Shown piece by piece: positions 62,988 through 64,000 of a stretch of 64,000 nucleotides of DNA. This stretch comes from Patescibacteria group bacterium (GTDB taxonomy: Bacteria; Patescibacteriota; Patescibacteriia; UBA9570). Location: assembly GCA_024277435.1 (NCBI GenBank), contig JAJRVJ010000028.1, forward strand, positions 97,300-161,299, in the 5' to 3' direction. Made by a program: the position numbers and the translations under genes. Position 1 is the stretch's first letter; each line of letters opens with the position of its first letter. The notes beneath the pieces were generated by a model, which did not search any database, was not told the DNA's origin, and was given only the letters and a program-made list of their open reading frames with translations.

Positions 62988-64000
62988 ATGAAATTATTTC
63001 GCAATATTCTTCTTAGCATCGTAGCAGCAGCTACAGTGCTATTACCACTCAGCGTAAGCGCTGACGGTATGGTAGTGTCTCCATCAACAGTATATGTTGA
63101 GGAAACCGAGCAGAAGGCGGTAATTTTTTATGAGCCAACAACAGCCATGGAAACAATGGTGGTGGGTATAGCGTACGAGGGGACTGCGAACGACTTTGCT
63201 TGGCTTATTCCAACCCCTGGTAAGCCAGCTGTAGAACGTGGTTCACAACAATTATTTAGCAATCTAGAAGAGCTTACAGCTTACACCTATAGTTACAGTG
63301 AATTAGATTATGGAATTAGTGATGTACCTGCTAGTCAGGAAATAGAGAGTGGCGTAACAGTGATTGATGAATTAGCGGTGGATTATTACGATGTTGTTGT
63401 ATTGGAGGCTACCAGCAGTTTTGATCTTGTGGCATGGCTAGAGAAGAATGGCTACTACTTTCCACCAACAAATACATATATTTTGGATAGCTATATAAAA
63501 GCTGGTTGGTATTTTACTGCCATGCGCGTTAATGACACTGTGAATCAAATTGGTGTTGGAGCACAATTGCATGATGGTACAGCAACGCCTGTACAACTTA
63601 CATTCCCGGCAGCCAACATTGTATATCCATTAAGAGTTTCATCAATTGTTGATGAAGTGCGAACAACTGGAACGATTACAGATAGTATCGAGGTAGATCC
63701 ATATGCATACGATTATGGGTATTATGATGAGTATGATAGTTATAGCTACGATGATGATTATCAAGATATAAGCGTGTATGTTATTACCGATCATCGTGTA
63801 CAAGCAAGTGATACAGATTTTTGGACAAACTACGCCGATTGGGTAACAGCAGATGAAATTGAATCATGGGCAAGGGATGTAAATGGAAATCCATGGATTG
63901 AGCCGCTAGCTTCTAAATACTTTCTCACAGAGGTTTCTGCATACTTTACTACAGATGACATGAATGAGGATATATTTTTCACGCAATCATATTCTGATGA
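62988..64000 (+). CDS. Secreted DUF2330-like protein, truncated by the window end
   Basis: Signal peptide, ADG...Q.A.I, DFAWLIPTP, WLEKNGY, Y...GWYFTA; frame open to the end. Confidence 0.7.
   Translation, partial: MKLFRNILLSIVAAATVLLPLSVSADGMVVSPSTVYVEETEQKAVIFYEPTTAMETMVVGIAYEGTANDFAWLIPTPGKPAVERGSQQLFSNLEELTAYTYSYSELDYGISDVPASQEIESGVTVIDELAVDYYDVVVLEATSSFDLVAWLEKNGYYFPPTNTYILDSYIKAGWYFTAMRVNDTVNQIGVGAQLHDGTATPVQLTFPAANIVYPLRVSSIVDEVRTTGTITDSIEVDPYAYDYGYYDEYDSYSYDDDYQDISVYVITDHRVQASDTDFWTNYADWVTADEIESWARDVNGNPWIEPLASKYFLTEVSAYFTTDDMNEDIFFTQSYSD

Overview
AT-rich bacterial chromosome segment using genetic code 11, most likely from a Patescibacteria/CPR organism. That assignment is inferred from the missing rpmD/uL30 between rpsE and rplO, SD-less AT-rich starts on housekeeping genes and a short AspRS. 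Contents: (1) a ~14.6 kb aromatic amino-acid superoperon (aroF, trpEGDCFBA, aroB, aroA-K, aroD-E, aroC, pheA, tyrA, chorismate mutase) with single in-frame TAA codons in trpG, trpD and aroB; (2) a non-coding block at 14.67-15.8 kb with two leader-peptide/terminator units and a long hairpin-rich RNA containing a tRNA-like element; (3) metabolic genes, the str/S10/spc ribosomal cluster, recR-ybaB-dnaB, tRNA-Lys(UUU), a P-type ATPase, asnS and aspS. The most unusual signal is a dispersed set of GC-rich orphan genes (15.8, 20.8-23.3, 58.4-60.1 kb). Unlike host genes, most carry Shine-Dalgarno sites and strong 3' hairpins, and several have boxA-like motifs. In three clear cases the 5' and 3' UTRs base-pair around the whole ORF. 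One island encodes a divergent class III nucleotide cyclase / cNMP-binding-like pair. All family calls come from motifs recognised by eye; no searches or folding programs were run.
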